Source: Nitrospirota bacterium (GTDB taxonomy: Bacteria; Nitrospirota; Thermodesulfovibrionia; UBA6902). From it: 64,000 bases of DNA. The stretch lies in NCBI GenBank assembly GCA_016207885.1, contig JACQZE010000027.1:11944-75943 (forward strand). Direction: 5' to 3'. The position numbers were made by a program, and so were the translations under genes. Below the pieces are notes generated by a model. That model made no database searches. It had not been told where the DNA came from and worked only from the letters and a program-made list of their open reading frames with translations. Positions 1 to 10,792 of the stretch are shown in pieces (within the stretch, counting starts at the first letter, position 1; each line of letters opens with the position of its first letter).

Positions 1-2
1 CT

Positions 3-3000
3 GATAATCAATCCCCGTCCGCAATACAGGCATGGATAGATGCTGATGACAGCGGCACATACGAGCCGGACGAAAAATACGCCATGTCTGCAGTTAACGG
101 CTCTGACAGCACTTACAGTGACGGTAAGCTTTACAATAAGACACTTACCCTCTCTTATGTCGGCGACGGGGTCTACAATTACCGTTTTTACGCGAGTGAC
201 GGGAGCGCGGACGCAACAGGCAGCCCGGCGTCAAACAGCACTGTAACCGTACTCTCATCGGCAAACAATCCTCCTGTTCTTGAATGGATTGCGGCATCAT
301 GCCTGACAGATGGCGTAAAACCTGCGACAGGCCCGAACAACGGGGATTTTGAATTTATAATTAAATACACTGATCCGGACAATCAGTGTCCTCCAGCTGC
401 GAGCGATATCCAGGCGTGGGTGGATATAAATGACAACAGTTCTTATGAGCCGGGCGAGAAGTATAATCTGACAGAGGCCGATGTTTCAGACACCATATGC
501 TCTGACGGCAAGCTCTATAACGTAACACGTACGCTTTCACTTGCAGGCGACAATGTGTTGAATTACCGGTTCTATGCTACCGATGGGACTGATACGGCTA
601 TCGGTGACCCGATATCAAACAGCGCTGTTACGGTTGTTGACGCGCTTAAGGTCAGAACATCAGGCGGCACAGGCTGGTACAGTTCCATACAATCGGCCAT
701 AGATGCTATTGACGGCGCCCATACGGTGCTGGTCTATGAAGGGACGTACAACGAGAATCTTATCTTCAACGGGGCGCTTGACGGCTCCACCACGGTCCGG
801 TCGGTCTGCGGCGCTGACAGCACAATTATCAGCTCCACAGGGAATGTTGTTCTTACCCAGAATAACACCGGCAATGTGATTGACGGATTCAGTATTACCG
901 GCGGGACGATCGGTTTATATATAAATGCGGCAACTGCTACTGTCACAAACAGCAAGATATACGGAAACATAAACAGTGCAGCCGCAGGCGGCGGTGTCTA
1001 TGTCACTAATGCGGCATCAACTCTTACCATATCTAATTCTGAGATTTATTCTAATTCTGCCGCGAGCGGCGGCGGTATCTTTTATAACAGCGGGACAAAT
1101 CATGTGATCAGCAATTCAATTATCCGGGACAACACCGCAACCGGAAGCGGCGGCGGCATTTATCCGCAGAATGCTACATTGACCATAACCAACTCAACGG
1201 TCAGGGATAACAGCGCTGTAAGTCATGGCGGAGGGTTCTACAATAATGCTTCAAGCGTTGACTTCTCCAAGTGTAAGATCACCGGCAATACATCATCTGC
1301 TCTGGGCGGAGCTATGTATCTGGCGAATGCCTCAGCATCAGCGGATCTCGAAAACTGTATTGTAACAAGTAATCAGGGGACTCAGGGCGGCATGATCTAC
1401 ACTAATGGCGGCACGGCAAACATCATTAACTCTACCGTTGCAGCCAATCAGGCAACTACCGGCAGCGGCGGCGCTTTCCGCACATCAACGACAAGCGCCA
1501 TAACAGTAAGAAACAGCATACTCTGGAACAATATGGCTGCTACCGACGGACACCTCGCCTACTTCAACGGCGGCACATTAAATATAAATGATTCCGTTAT
1601 CGCAAGCGGCGGAGACGGTGTCTATACTGATGCTCCTTATATGGAAGGCACAATGACGCTGAATATCAGCGGTTATACGTCTGAACATGATCCTTTATTT
1701 GCGGATGCGTCAAACGGTGATTACCATGTTCAGGCTTCTTCGGACGCCATAGACAATGCCAATGCGACGTATGCTCCTGCTGATGACATTGACGGCGAGA
1801 GCAGGCCCCAGGGCAGCGCTGACGACATTGGCGCTGATGAATATACTTCTGACTGGAGCGCTCCGGTGCTGTCGTGGACAGGCGAGACGAATTACGCAAG
1901 TGACGGGGTAAATCCGAATAACGCGGCAAGCGGGAGCAGTTTTGAATTCCGGGTCAATTATACTGACGCAGACAATGAAGCTCCGTCAGCGATACAGGTA
2001 TGGGTAGATGAAGACGACAGCGGCACATATGAGTCAGATGAAAAATACAATATGACGGCAGTTGGCATTGATAATATATACAATGACGGTAAGCTGTATA
2101 CAAAGACACTTACACTCAGTCATGCCGGAGACGATGCCTTTAATTATCGTTTCTACGCATCTGACGGTGCGGCAGACGCAACAGGTTCTCCGACGTCAAA
2201 CGGCGTGGTTTCGGTAACAAATAATTATCCTGTATTGTCATGGACCGGCGAGGCTGATTACGCAAGTGACGGCGTGGATCCGAACATTAATGTGACCAGC
2301 GGCAGTTACGAGTTCAGGATCGATTATACCGACGAGGAAAATACAGCTCCTTCATTTATGGAAGTATGGGTGGATGAAGACGACAGCGGCACATATGAGC
2401 CCGGTGAAAAATACGTAATGACCGCAACTGACGGCGGAGATATTGATTACACTGACGGCAAGCGTTATGCGAAAACCTTGTCAATCAGTTACACGGGAGA
2501 CGGCATACTCAATTACCGTTTCTATGCCTCAGACGGGACTGATGACGCAACCGGCGCTCCTGCGTCCAATAGCACTCTCACTGTCGCAAACGTCCCGCTG
2601 CTTTCATGGACCGGCGAGGCAAATTATATAAGCGACGGCGTAAATCCGAACAGCGCTGTAAGCGGCAGCAGCTTTGAATTCCGTGTGAGTTACACTGACG
2701 CGGAAAATGACGCGCCTACGTCAATCCAAGCATGGGTGGACGAGGACGATAGCGGCACATATACGGCAGGTGAAAAATATGACATGACCGCTGTGGATGG
2801 CGGAGATACAGATTACACCGACGGCAAACTCTATACAAAGACATTGCCAATAACCAAGGCCGGAGATAATACGTTGAATTACAGGTTCTACGCGGCTGAC
2901 GGATCAGGAGAGGCTGCGGGCGATCCAACATCAAATAACACTTTAACTGTTACCAATAATATCCCCGCGCTTTCATGGACAGGGGAAACTAATTATGTGA

Positions 3001-5078
3001 CAGACGGAGTTGATCCGAACAGCGGAGGAAACGGCGCTGATTATATCTTCAGGGCAAAATACACCGATGCTGATGATGAAGCTCCAGGCCCGATTGAGGT
3101 ATGGGTTGATGAAGACGACAGCGGCACATATACAGCAGGTGAAAAATATTCAATGACGGTTTCCGGCGGGAACGGCGATTATACTGACGGTGAAGTATAT
3201 ACAAAGACGCTCGCGCTCTCTTACGCCGGAGACGGCGTTCTCAATTACAGGTTCTACGCCTCAGACGGGACAGACGCGGCAACAGGCGATCCGGTCTCTG
3301 ATAATACAGTTACAGTGTCCTTATCAGCTAACAGCGCGCCTGCTCTTGAATGGTATGCCGGGTCATGCCGGACTGAGGGAGTGAGGCCGTCCACAGGGGC
3401 AGGCGGCGCGGACTTTGAGTTCTGGGTTGAGTACACGGACGGTGAAAACGATTGTCCGCCGACCGCAAACGACATACAGGTCTGGATAGATGAGAATGAT
3501 AATACTTCATATGACGCTGGTGAGAAATATGATCTTACAGAGGATGATGCCGGTGATACGAACTGCGCGGACGGCAAGATATATAAAGTGACACGGGCGA
3601 TATCATTTGCAGGAGACGGATCTCTTAATCACAGATTTTATGCCTCTGACGGGACAGACCCTGCAACAGGCACGCCGACTTCTGACAGCACAGTAAACGT
3701 TGTGAATACGGCCTATAAAGTCAGGCCGTCAGGCGGCACAGGATGGTACAGCACGATAGCGAATGCCCTTACAGCTTCTCCTGCTTCAAGCACGGTACTG
3801 GTTTACCCGAATGCAGATTTTACGGCAGCCACCTATGCCGGCGGCCTCTCCAATATTAATAAGACAAACCGTACTCTTCAGTCTGTCTGCGGCGCGGATC
3901 TGACGGTCATTTCCGGCGGAGGCACTGTTTATAACCTCCAGGGCAATGACGGCGCGGTCATTGACGGGTTCACAATAACCGGCGGGACTACATACGGCAT
4001 TTACTCAAACAGCGATTCATTGACCGTCAAAAACAGCAAGATACATACGAATCCTACCGGCATACATCTGAACAATGGCTGTAATCCGGCAACTATACAG
4101 AACACATCCATTTACAGCAATACATCCTATGGCATAAATTCGCCAAGTGCTCTCAACCTCGTCAGCGTTACAAACAGCAATATATACAACAACGGCGGCG
4201 GCATCACCAACGGCCCGGGCATTAATCTGAATGGCGGTGCAGGAACACATATTATTACCAACGTATCGTTAACAGGCAATACGACTACCGGAAACGGCGG
4301 CGCGATTTACTGCGTCAACTGTGTTGTAACAATTGATAACAGCACCATAAATGACAACACAGCAGGCTCAGGCGGCGCACTCTACTTCCTGAATCCCAGC
4401 GTTAATGCAACCATTACTGATACCTTTATTCAGGGAAATGAAGCGACAGGCACGCTCGGCGGTGCGATCTACATGGGCAATGGCGCTGAGAGTCTGACAA
4501 ACGTCATGTTAACAGGCAACAAGGCCAACACTAACGGCGGCGCCATATATATTAATGGCGGGACGTCCAATTGTCTGTTCTGTACCCTTAGCGGCAACTA
4601 TGCCGGAGGTTACGGCGGCGCTCTTTATCAAAACAGCTCCACGCAGACTAATATCTGGAATAGTATCGTCTATAACAACGACGCTCTCAATGGGGGCAAC
4701 TATAAACAGATTTTTGCGACCAGCCCCAGGTACACATATGTTGATGTCTATAACACATTGATCGATCAGATACCGGGCGCTAATATCAGCGGCCCGCCTG
4801 ATCAGAGATCCAGCTATGAGAATATGGGCGGCAACCTGCATGAAGGAACAGACACTAATGAATTGCCGTATTTTGTGAACGGCCTGAATCCGGCTTCCGC
4901 ACCTGCCACCGGCGGCGACTACCGCATCTGCGGAGGAGTTGACGATCCGGCAGGCTGCACCGCCGCCTCATATTGCATAGACGCAGGCAGTGGAAGTTAT
5001 ACGTCTGACCATGACATCTACGGCAGCTCAAGGCCTCTTGGAGCAGGATATGACATGGGAGCGCATGAGAAAGAGTAA
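3..5078 (+). CDS. Large secreted repeat protein (5' truncated): ~125-aa Ig-like/Ca-binding repeats plus two right-handed beta-helix domains with choice-of-anchor-Q-like ends
   Basis: Frame is open from base 3 (DNQSPSAIQAWIDADDSGTYE...), so ATG 84 is internal. Repeats LSWTGExNYxxDGVxP...WVDEDDSGTY...YRFYASDG; GGGIY/NxA beta-helix motifs; RPxGxxxDxGAxE ends. Confidence 0.8.
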   Translation, partial: DNQSPSAIQAWIDADDSGTYEPDEKYAMSAVNGSDSTYSDGKLYNKTLTLSYVGDGVYNYRFYASDGSADATGSPASNSTVTVLSSANNPPVLEWIAASCLTDGVKPATGPNNGDFEFIIKYTDPDNQCPPAASDIQAWVDINDNSSYEPGEKYNLTEADVSDTICSDGKLYNVTRTLSLAGDNVLNYRFYATDGTDTAIGDPISNSAVTVVDALKVRTSGGTGWYSSIQSAIDAIDGAHTVLVYEGTYNENLIFNGALDGSTTVRSVCGADSTIISSTGNVVLTQNNTGNVIDGFSITGGTIGLYINAATATVTNSKIYGNINSAAAGGGVYVTNAASTLTISNSEIYSNSAASGGGIFYNSGTNHVISNSIIRDNTATGSGGGIYPQNATLTITNSTVRDNSAVSHGGGFYNNASSVDFSKCKITGNTSSALGGAMYLANASASADLENCIVTSNQGTQGGMIYTNGGTANIINSTVAANQATTGSGGAFRTSTTSAITVRNSILWNNMAATDGHLAYFNGGTLNINDSVIASGGDGVYTDAPYMEGTMTLNISGYTSEHDPLFADASNGDYHVQASSDAIDNANATYAPADDIDGESRPQGSADDIGADEYTSDWSAPVLSWTGETNYASDGVNPNNAASGSSFEFRVNYTDADNEAPSAIQVWVDEDDSGTYESDEKYNMTAVGIDNIYNDGKLYTKTLTLSHAGDDAFNYRFYASDGAADATGSPTSNGVVSVTNNYPVLSWTGEADYASDGVDPNINVTSGSYEFRIDYTDEENTAPSFMEVWVDEDDSGTYEPGEKYVMTATDGGDIDYTDGKRYAKTLSISYTGDGILNYRFYASDGTDDATGAPASNSTLTVANVPLLSWTGEANYISDGVNPNSAVSGSSFEFRVSYTDAENDAPTSIQAWVDEDDSGTYTAGEKYDMTAVDGGDTDYTDGKLYTKTLPITKAGDNTLNYRFYAADGSGEAAGDPTSNNTLTVTNNIPALSWTGETNYVTDGVDPNSGGNGADYIFRAKYTDADDEAPGPIEVWVDEDDSGTYTAGEKYSMTVSGGNGDYTDGEVYTKTLALSYAGDGVLNYRFYASDGTDAATGDPVSDNTVTVSLSANSAPALEWYAGSCRTEGVRPSTGAGGADFEFWVEYTDGENDCPPTANDIQVWIDENDNTSYDAGEKYDLTEDDAGDTNCADGKIYKVTRAISFAGDGSLNHRFYASDGTDPATGTPTSDSTVNVVNTAYKVRPSGGTGWYSTIANALTASPASSTVLVYPNADFTAATYAGGLSNINKTNRTLQSVCGADLTVISGGGTVYNLQGNDGAVIDGFTITGGTTYGIYSNSDSLTVKNSKIHTNPTGIHLNNGCNPATIQNTSIYSNTSYGINSPSALNLVSVTNSNIYNNGGGITNGPGINLNGGAGTHIITNVSLTGNTTTGNGGAIYCVNCVVTIDNSTINDNTAGSGGALYFLNPSVNATITDTFIQGNEATGTLGGAIYMGNGAESLTNVMLTGNKANTNGGAIYINGGTSNCLFCTLSGNYAGGYGGALYQNSSTQTNIWNSIVYNNDALNGGNYKQIFATSPRYTYVDVYNTLIDQIPGANISGPPDQRSSYENMGGNLHEGTDTNELPYFVNGLNPASAPATGGDYRICGGVDDPAGCTAASYCIDAGSGSYTSDHDIYGSSRPLGAGYDMGAHEKE

Positions 5079-5248
5079 GATGTCAGTCTGCTGATTACAC
5101 AATAGAATAATTTAAGAATAAGTGAAGTTACCTTCCAGTGTCAGCACTGTTATTGCTACGCATTTTAACGTCCCGGTTAACTTTATAATTTTCCTGGTAA
5201 GCGATTTCCCTCATTAAATTGGGTCATATCAAATAGCTTTAATTGGCT

Positions 5249-5300
5249 AAGGCAATTACCCCCAGATAATCAGGTAATCACCTGATATGGTTTTTACCAT
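5249..5300. promoter_or_regulatory. Three GG(T/C)-N4-ACC dyads, candidate activator (UAS) sites
   Basis: GGCAATTACC 5251-5260, TCAGGTAATCACCTGA 5270-5285, ATGGTTTTTACCAT 5287-5300; 110-160 bp upstream of a sigma54 motif. Confidence 0.45.
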
Positions 5301-5408
5301 TATTTCTGCTATAATGTTGTAATTATTTTTATTATTATAACTTATTGTAATCTAAGGGAAAAGTGTATAAAAACACTCTTGAGTTTTGCAAATATGATGT
5401 ATACATTT

Positions 5409-5424
5409 TGGCAGAGTATTTGCT
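5409..5424 (+). promoter_or_regulatory. Sigma54 -24/-12 promoter of the cytochrome operon
   Basis: TGGCAGAGTATTTGCT with exact GG-N10-GC spacing; IHF-like site at 5338-5350. Confidence 0.7.
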
Positions 5425-5438
5425 TGTAACATTATAAT

Positions 5439-8400
5439 ATGCGTAATTACAATAAGATAAAGCTCACCGTTATCGCATCAGGGTTACTACTGATGATTGC
5501 CATAACCGCTTATGCTCTTGATTATCCTCATTCTCCTGCGAATTATTATGATTGTACAACCTGTCATGATTTTTACAGCACTAATCCATATCTCATGACT
5601 GACTGGACAGGTGATTATGTTATGCAGGATGATGATGACACACCGGTAAACCATTTATGCCGGAGCTGCCATTACGGCGGCGGGCCTGCAGCAGCACATA
5701 ATGTTCACTCATATCTTGGAGTTGGATATGCAACATCTGCCTCCAGTCCTTATGGGGGGTGGCAGGTGCAATGTTCGACCTGTCACAACCCTCATTATCA
5801 GGAGCAGTTCAGCAAGTACCGGACAACAGCGGATCAGTACTGGGTAGTGAAGCTGCTTGTTGATACAGTGACGGTATCTGCCACATCCTCGACACTAAAG
5901 GCACAGGGAACGCCGAACTGGACAAATGACGCATATAAGGACATGAAGGTTTTCCCCAACATAAACGCGAAGTATCCTGTTGCGTATAAAATAACCGGAA
6001 ACACGTCAGACACATTGACAATAAAAGGCCAGGTTACAGGGGCTTCAAGCGGCAATACGTTTGCAATTATATACGGCAGGCTTATTCGCGGCCAGATATC
6101 TCTTGGCAGGATAATAAATCCTTTGAACGCAAAGAGCGGATTTAAGGCTGTCAAGTTCTTCAGAGACTCAGACAATAATTCCTTCTCGGACGGCAACGGT
6201 GTTTATGACGGAGTCTGCGAAGTATGCCACACAGAGACACAGCACTTTCAGAATGACGGAAGCTCCCCCAATCAGAATCATACAAATATAGGAGCGGTTG
6301 CGGGAACCGACTGTACCATGGCCTGTCATACGGCCGAAGCCGGGTTCAGGCCTTCATGTAATGTCTGCCACGGCTATCCGCCTGTTGTCAATACTGCAAC
6401 CGGTGCGCCGGACGGTTTGGCAAATAACCCGGCTGTCACCGGGTCAATCACCGCGGGCGCGCATAATAAACACGTAAACATAAAATCATTTTCATGCAAG
6501 GTCTGCCACAATGGAAGTGCCGGCAGCGGCTCGACACATGTTAATAATAATGTAACGATAGGATTTTCACTTTTTGACGGCGCATATCCAGGAGGTTCAT
6601 ATGATGGCCAGACAACAGTGGATTATGACAGCAGCTCTGTAAATACGTCGGTATCGAATTCCGGCAGTAAGACCTGCAGCAATATCTACTGTCATGGCAG
6701 GCTTCCTGATGGAACAATTTGGGGCGGAGGGGCCGGCACAACTCCGCAATGGGACGGTTCGGCAGCCTGCGCCTCCTGTCACGACACCGGCGGCTCCCAG
6801 AGCGCGCTAAGCGGCAAACACCGCAAACATACTGACGAATCCACGTATGCTTTTGCATGTGAAAAATGTCATTACGAGACTGCGTCTGGCAGCTCATCAA
6901 TAAGGAATGAGGCTTACCACGCCAACAATACAAAAGACCTTGTTTTTGCAAAGGGCGGTTCATTTGACAGCGGGATTAAATCGTGCACGAGCACATATTG
7001 TCACAGCAACGCAGGTGGAGGACCGCCAAATGTATCTGTTAAATGGACTGACGCCGCAAGCATGCAATGCGACTCATGCCATAACGGCAGGACGGGAGTA
7101 GAGACGCTTGAGATGATCTCTAACGGGCATGCGCGCCTTGTCAGCAGTCAATGGGTGAGACGATTTCCGTGTTATTACTGCCATGACAATACAGTTGACA
7201 CTTCAGACAATTTAAAAGACTACAGCAGGCATCTTAACGAAACCAAAGATATCGCCATCGCTTCAAACTGGAACATCACCGGAAAGCCTGCTCCAAGCTA
7301 CAATGCGGACACAAAGGTCTGCGACAATATTTACTGCCATAGCGACGGCACAACTGTTGATCCGCAGGTCAGGCCTTTCCCCTGGACTCAGGGGCATGCC
7401 AAATGCAACACATGTCACGGGCATGAACAGGGCACCTGCTCCACCTGCCACAATGACGGCAGAACCGGCTGGCCTGCGGGGCAGGAATGGAAATCCGCAA
7501 TGCCGATGTATACAAACACCGGGGCAGGCACTGAGAATGCTAACACGCACAAACGGCATCTGCTGACGGATTTTAATTGTGATAACTGCCATGCCAATAC
7601 TATCGCAAACGGCACCTGTACAACATGCCACAACGGCGGTACTCCCCAAGGCAGCATGGATGAGGTCAATCACATCAATCCGGCTTATCACGTAAATAAG
7701 GTCAAGGATGTCGTCTTCAAAAACGGAGGCACCTACAACCAGGTTAACAAGACATGTTCCAACACAGCCTGCCATACCGGTTCTGATCCACAGTGGGGCG
7801 ATTCGGTTAATAATCTTGTGCTTTGTTTTACTTGCCACGGCGTTTCAGGTGCGGACGTGGACGATTTCACCAAGTTCAACAGCACACGCGCCAAGATCAA
7901 TCTGACCGAATGGGAAACCACCGGACATGGACGGCCGTCATCCGCAGGCAATTACACTTCAGGAAATCCCCCGGCAAATTTCCCCGGGAATCCATGCTGG
8001 TACTGTCATGACAATAATGTGCTTCACAATGATTCTTCAAACCCGTTTCGGCTGAAGCAGCACCAGCAGTTTGCAAGCCGTTTTGAAAAAGAATGCATTT
8101 ACTGCCATATGGAAGGACAGGACGCTGAATGCCTGAACTGTCATAACGCGTCTAATTCCCTCGCCCCGCAGCTTTCGACCATTACAGATCCTCCTTTTTC
8201 ACAGGATCATTCGGAGTATACAAACGGGCAGACGTCTTGTGTCGCTGTTTGTCATGCAACCGACGAACAGAGGCATAAGACTGGAGCAGGCCTGTGGACT
8301 GCCGAACAGAAGGTGGACATAAAAAACCAGTACGTGATGATGGGCGTATGTCTTAAGTGCCATGATGACGACAGTAATGGGAAATGCAACCAGTGTCATA

Positions 8401-10724
8401 CAGGAGAGCAATATCAGCTCGGTTATGATCCGGGAACTGGCTTTATAAAGGCAAATGTTTCAAAGGCAACGTCAATACATTTCGGTTACAAACATTATGC
8501 CGCCTACCAGAATAACGGAGTGTGGAAAGGAGGCAAGTTCTGCTGGGACTGTCACGACCCGCACGGAGACAGCAATATATACATGATACAGAGCAAGGTT
8601 GCCACAGAGACGGACGGCACTTTCGGAATTCCCGTCACAAGGCGTGACGTCTCGTTCACAAGAAAACAGAGCGGCCTTGATTATGCAAAAACGTCTGCTC
8701 CGTACAACGGTATTTGCAATGTATGTCATTCAGAGACAGGGCAGCATTACCGCTTTGATTATGGAGACGGACATAATGCAGGCAGGATCTGTACGACGTG
8801 CCATGAACACAGGTTCACTGATAGCCATGCGTCAGGCAAAGCATGCAATACCTGTCATCTGAATAAACCGGTTCCAAGGCACACGGCTTTCGGCCTGCCA
8901 AGAGATTGCACAAAATGCCATAACGGTACTATCAGCGGCCGCATGGATATTATGGGGCAATTCAGGGCGAATTCGCATCATGTGCAGGGTGATAAAGTTA
9001 CTAACAAACATTGCTACGCCTGTCATTGGGAGGCTACGGAGCTTGGGCTTATAAACATGGATTATCATTCTGGCTATAATTATAAAACACATGAACGTGC
9101 TTCCGGCAGAGAGGTGAACCTCGTAATTTGGGGCTCTGGACAGAGGCCCACAACATACACTGAAGGAACTACTGCGGCAACATTCACGGCAAACAAGGTT
9201 GGTACGGTTGACGAGAGGGCGGAGGTGTCAAAGGTAACACAGGCTTGTCTGGGCTGTCACAGTGATCAGAACAAGACAATACAGCCCTTTAATATTGTGG
9301 ATCCTGACAACGGCGACTGCAAGACACCGATACAATATGCGTGGGACAGGCAGAGCATTGCTGCAAGATATTCTCAGACAGGCACAGCTACATGGGGCAA
9401 ATACACATCTATGGCAAATGCCGCAAAGAAAAACATAACCAAGGCATATTCCGCACACGGCAATGCGGTCAATAACCAGGGCGGATGGGATGCGGCAACA
9501 GGTCTGGACGATACGATCCCGAATACAAGGAATGGAAGCCAAAATGTCCAATGTTTTGACTGTCACAGTTCTCACGGCTCAAAGGTCTCGGGAGTTACAT
9601 CAAGTTACAAGACATTCAACGGCACTAATAACGGGGCAAACCTGAAAGAGACGCAGGCAGGCAAGGGCGGCTACAGCATGACCTATAAAGCTCAGGCAAA
9701 TACCTCGGGTGTGAACCCGTACAATGCAGGAGCAGGACAATGCTTTGACTGTCATGAGACGCAGACATCAGGCGCAAAACCCTGGGGCTACGGATCAACC
9801 TTCGGGGCAACCGCGCCTATTCTTGGATATAAGGATACGCCACGTTTCGGACAGGGCACAAAAGGTTCCACTGCAAGATATACATACAGAGCGAACAAGA
9901 CGACCATTGTAGGCGGACACTTTAAGGCGTCTTCTGAATTAACCAGCCCGGCGATGGGCACGATCAACGGGTTATGCACTCCATGCCATGACCCACACGG
10001 AGTAAGCCCGACCATAGGAACCAACCAGCAATACGCATTGCCCATGCTTAAAGGCACATGGCTTACATCGCCATACAGGGAAGACGTTACGCCGATGGAC
10101 AAGAACGGATATAGCGGCAAGAGCGGTTTCTATAATTACTACAATTCATGGAGCGGGTCTTATCCAAGGCCGTATGGTCAGCAATCCGATCCGCAGCCAC
10201 TCGGTTCATGGAATACCGACAGGAATACTTTCAATACTGTTGACTTGAGCAATAAGGGAAATGTCCCTGACAGTACATATGGCAGGATAAGCGAAGATGA
10301 AAGCAAGTTCGCCGGGCTGTGCCTGATATGCCATTCGAAATCCAATCTGACCGACGGTATTAACAAGAATACCGCGTTCAGGACCAAAGACAGGATACAC
10401 GAATCTGTCAAGGGATGGGGATCCAACGGCGAGCATTCGTATCCATGCTCAAAGTGTCACCAGCCGCACAGCTCCGGCCTGCCGAGACTGCTTCAGACGA
10501 ACTGTCTCGATTATAAGCACAGGGGCAGGGTAGCCTCCGGAGGGCTTCCTTATGCATACGATGTTTCATGGTCTTACGAAAACGAGTATGGCAGATTCCC
10601 TTACGGCTGGTGGGATGACGGATATAGCACATACAGTACAGCCATATGTCATGGCGCTGCAACCGCCAACGGTTCAGCCGGGTGGCCTGACAACCAGAAG
10701 TGGAACAATGTAACGCCATGGTGA
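5439..10724 (+). CDS. Giant multiheme c-type cytochrome with CxxxxCH/CxxCH domains
   Basis: Signal peptide (AYA-LD); hand count of 32 CxxCH, 2 CxxxCH and 4 CxxxxCH motifs. Confidence 0.93.
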   Translation: MRNYNKIKLTVIASGLLLMIAITAYALDYPHSPANYYDCTTCHDFYSTNPYLMTDWTGDYVMQDDDDTPVNHLCRSCHYGGGPAAAHNVHSYLGVGYATSASSPYGGWQVQCSTCHNPHYQEQFSKYRTTADQYWVVKLLVDTVTVSATSSTLKAQGTPNWTNDAYKDMKVFPNINAKYPVAYKITGNTSDTLTIKGQVTGASSGNTFAIIYGRLIRGQISLGRIINPLNAKSGFKAVKFFRDSDNNSFSDGNGVYDGVCEVCHTETQHFQNDGSSPNQNHTNIGAVAGTDCTMACHTAEAGFRPSCNVCHGYPPVVNTATGAPDGLANNPAVTGSITAGAHNKHVNIKSFSCKVCHNGSAGSGSTHVNNNVTIGFSLFDGAYPGGSYDGQTTVDYDSSSVNTSVSNSGSKTCSNIYCHGRLPDGTIWGGGAGTTPQWDGSAACASCHDTGGSQSALSGKHRKHTDESTYAFACEKCHYETASGSSSIRNEAYHANNTKDLVFAKGGSFDSGIKSCTSTYCHSNAGGGPPNVSVKWTDAASMQCDSCHNGRTGVETLEMISNGHARLVSSQWVRRFPCYYCHDNTVDTSDNLKDYSRHLNETKDIAIASNWNITGKPAPSYNADTKVCDNIYCHSDGTTVDPQVRPFPWTQGHAKCNTCHGHEQGTCSTCHNDGRTGWPAGQEWKSAMPMYTNTGAGTENANTHKRHLLTDFNCDNCHANTIANGTCTTCHNGGTPQGSMDEVNHINPAYHVNKVKDVVFKNGGTYNQVNKTCSNTACHTGSDPQWGDSVNNLVLCFTCHGVSGADVDDFTKFNSTRAKINLTEWETTGHGRPSSAGNYTSGNPPANFPGNPCWYCHDNNVLHNDSSNPFRLKQHQQFASRFEKECIYCHMEGQDAECLNCHNASNSLAPQLSTITDPPFSQDHSEYTNGQTSCVAVCHATDEQRHKTGAGLWTAEQKVDIKNQYVMMGVCLKCHDDDSNGKCNQCHTGEQYQLGYDPGTGFIKANVSKATSIHFGYKHYAAYQNNGVWKGGKFCWDCHDPHGDSNIYMIQSKVATETDGTFGIPVTRRDVSFTRKQSGLDYAKTSAPYNGICNVCHSETGQHYRFDYGDGHNAGRICTTCHEHRFTDSHASGKACNTCHLNKPVPRHTAFGLPRDCTKCHNGTISGRMDIMGQFRANSHHVQGDKVTNKHCYACHWEATELGLINMDYHSGYNYKTHERASGREVNLVIWGSGQRPTTYTEGTTAATFTANKVGTVDERAEVSKVTQACLGCHSDQNKTIQPFNIVDPDNGDCKTPIQYAWDRQSIAARYSQTGTATWGKYTSMANAAKKNITKAYSAHGNAVNNQGGWDAATGLDDTIPNTRNGSQNVQCFDCHSSHGSKVSGVTSSYKTFNGTNNGANLKETQAGKGGYSMTYKAQANTSGVNPYNAGAGQCFDCHETQTSGAKPWGYGSTFGATAPILGYKDTPRFGQGTKGSTARYTYRANKTTIVGGHFKASSELTSPAMGTINGLCTPCHDPHGVSPTIGTNQQYALPMLKGTWLTSPYREDVTPMDKNGYSGKSGFYNYYNSWSGSYPRPYGQQSDPQPLGSWNTDRNTFNTVDLSNKGNVPDSTYGRISEDESKFAGLCLICHSKSNLTDGINKNTAFRTKDRIHESVKGWGSNGEHSYPCSKCHQPHSSGLPRLLQTNCLDYKHRGRVASGGLPYAYDVSWSYENEYGRFPYGWWDDGYSTYSTAICHGAATANGSAGWPDNQKWNNVTPW

Positions 10725-10792
10725 TGAAAACAGGGGTTGGTGAAATGAAAAAAATCAGAGAAGAAGTGAAGAAGACATGGAGTGAGGGAGTG

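Noticed and set aside
84..86. ATG 84 as the gene start
   Set aside because: The frame is open to the window edge and encodes the same repeat upstream
10700..10792. N-terminal extension of the 2472-aa ORF
   Set aside because: It overlaps the cytochrome end; the RBS and signal peptide fit ATG 10793 better
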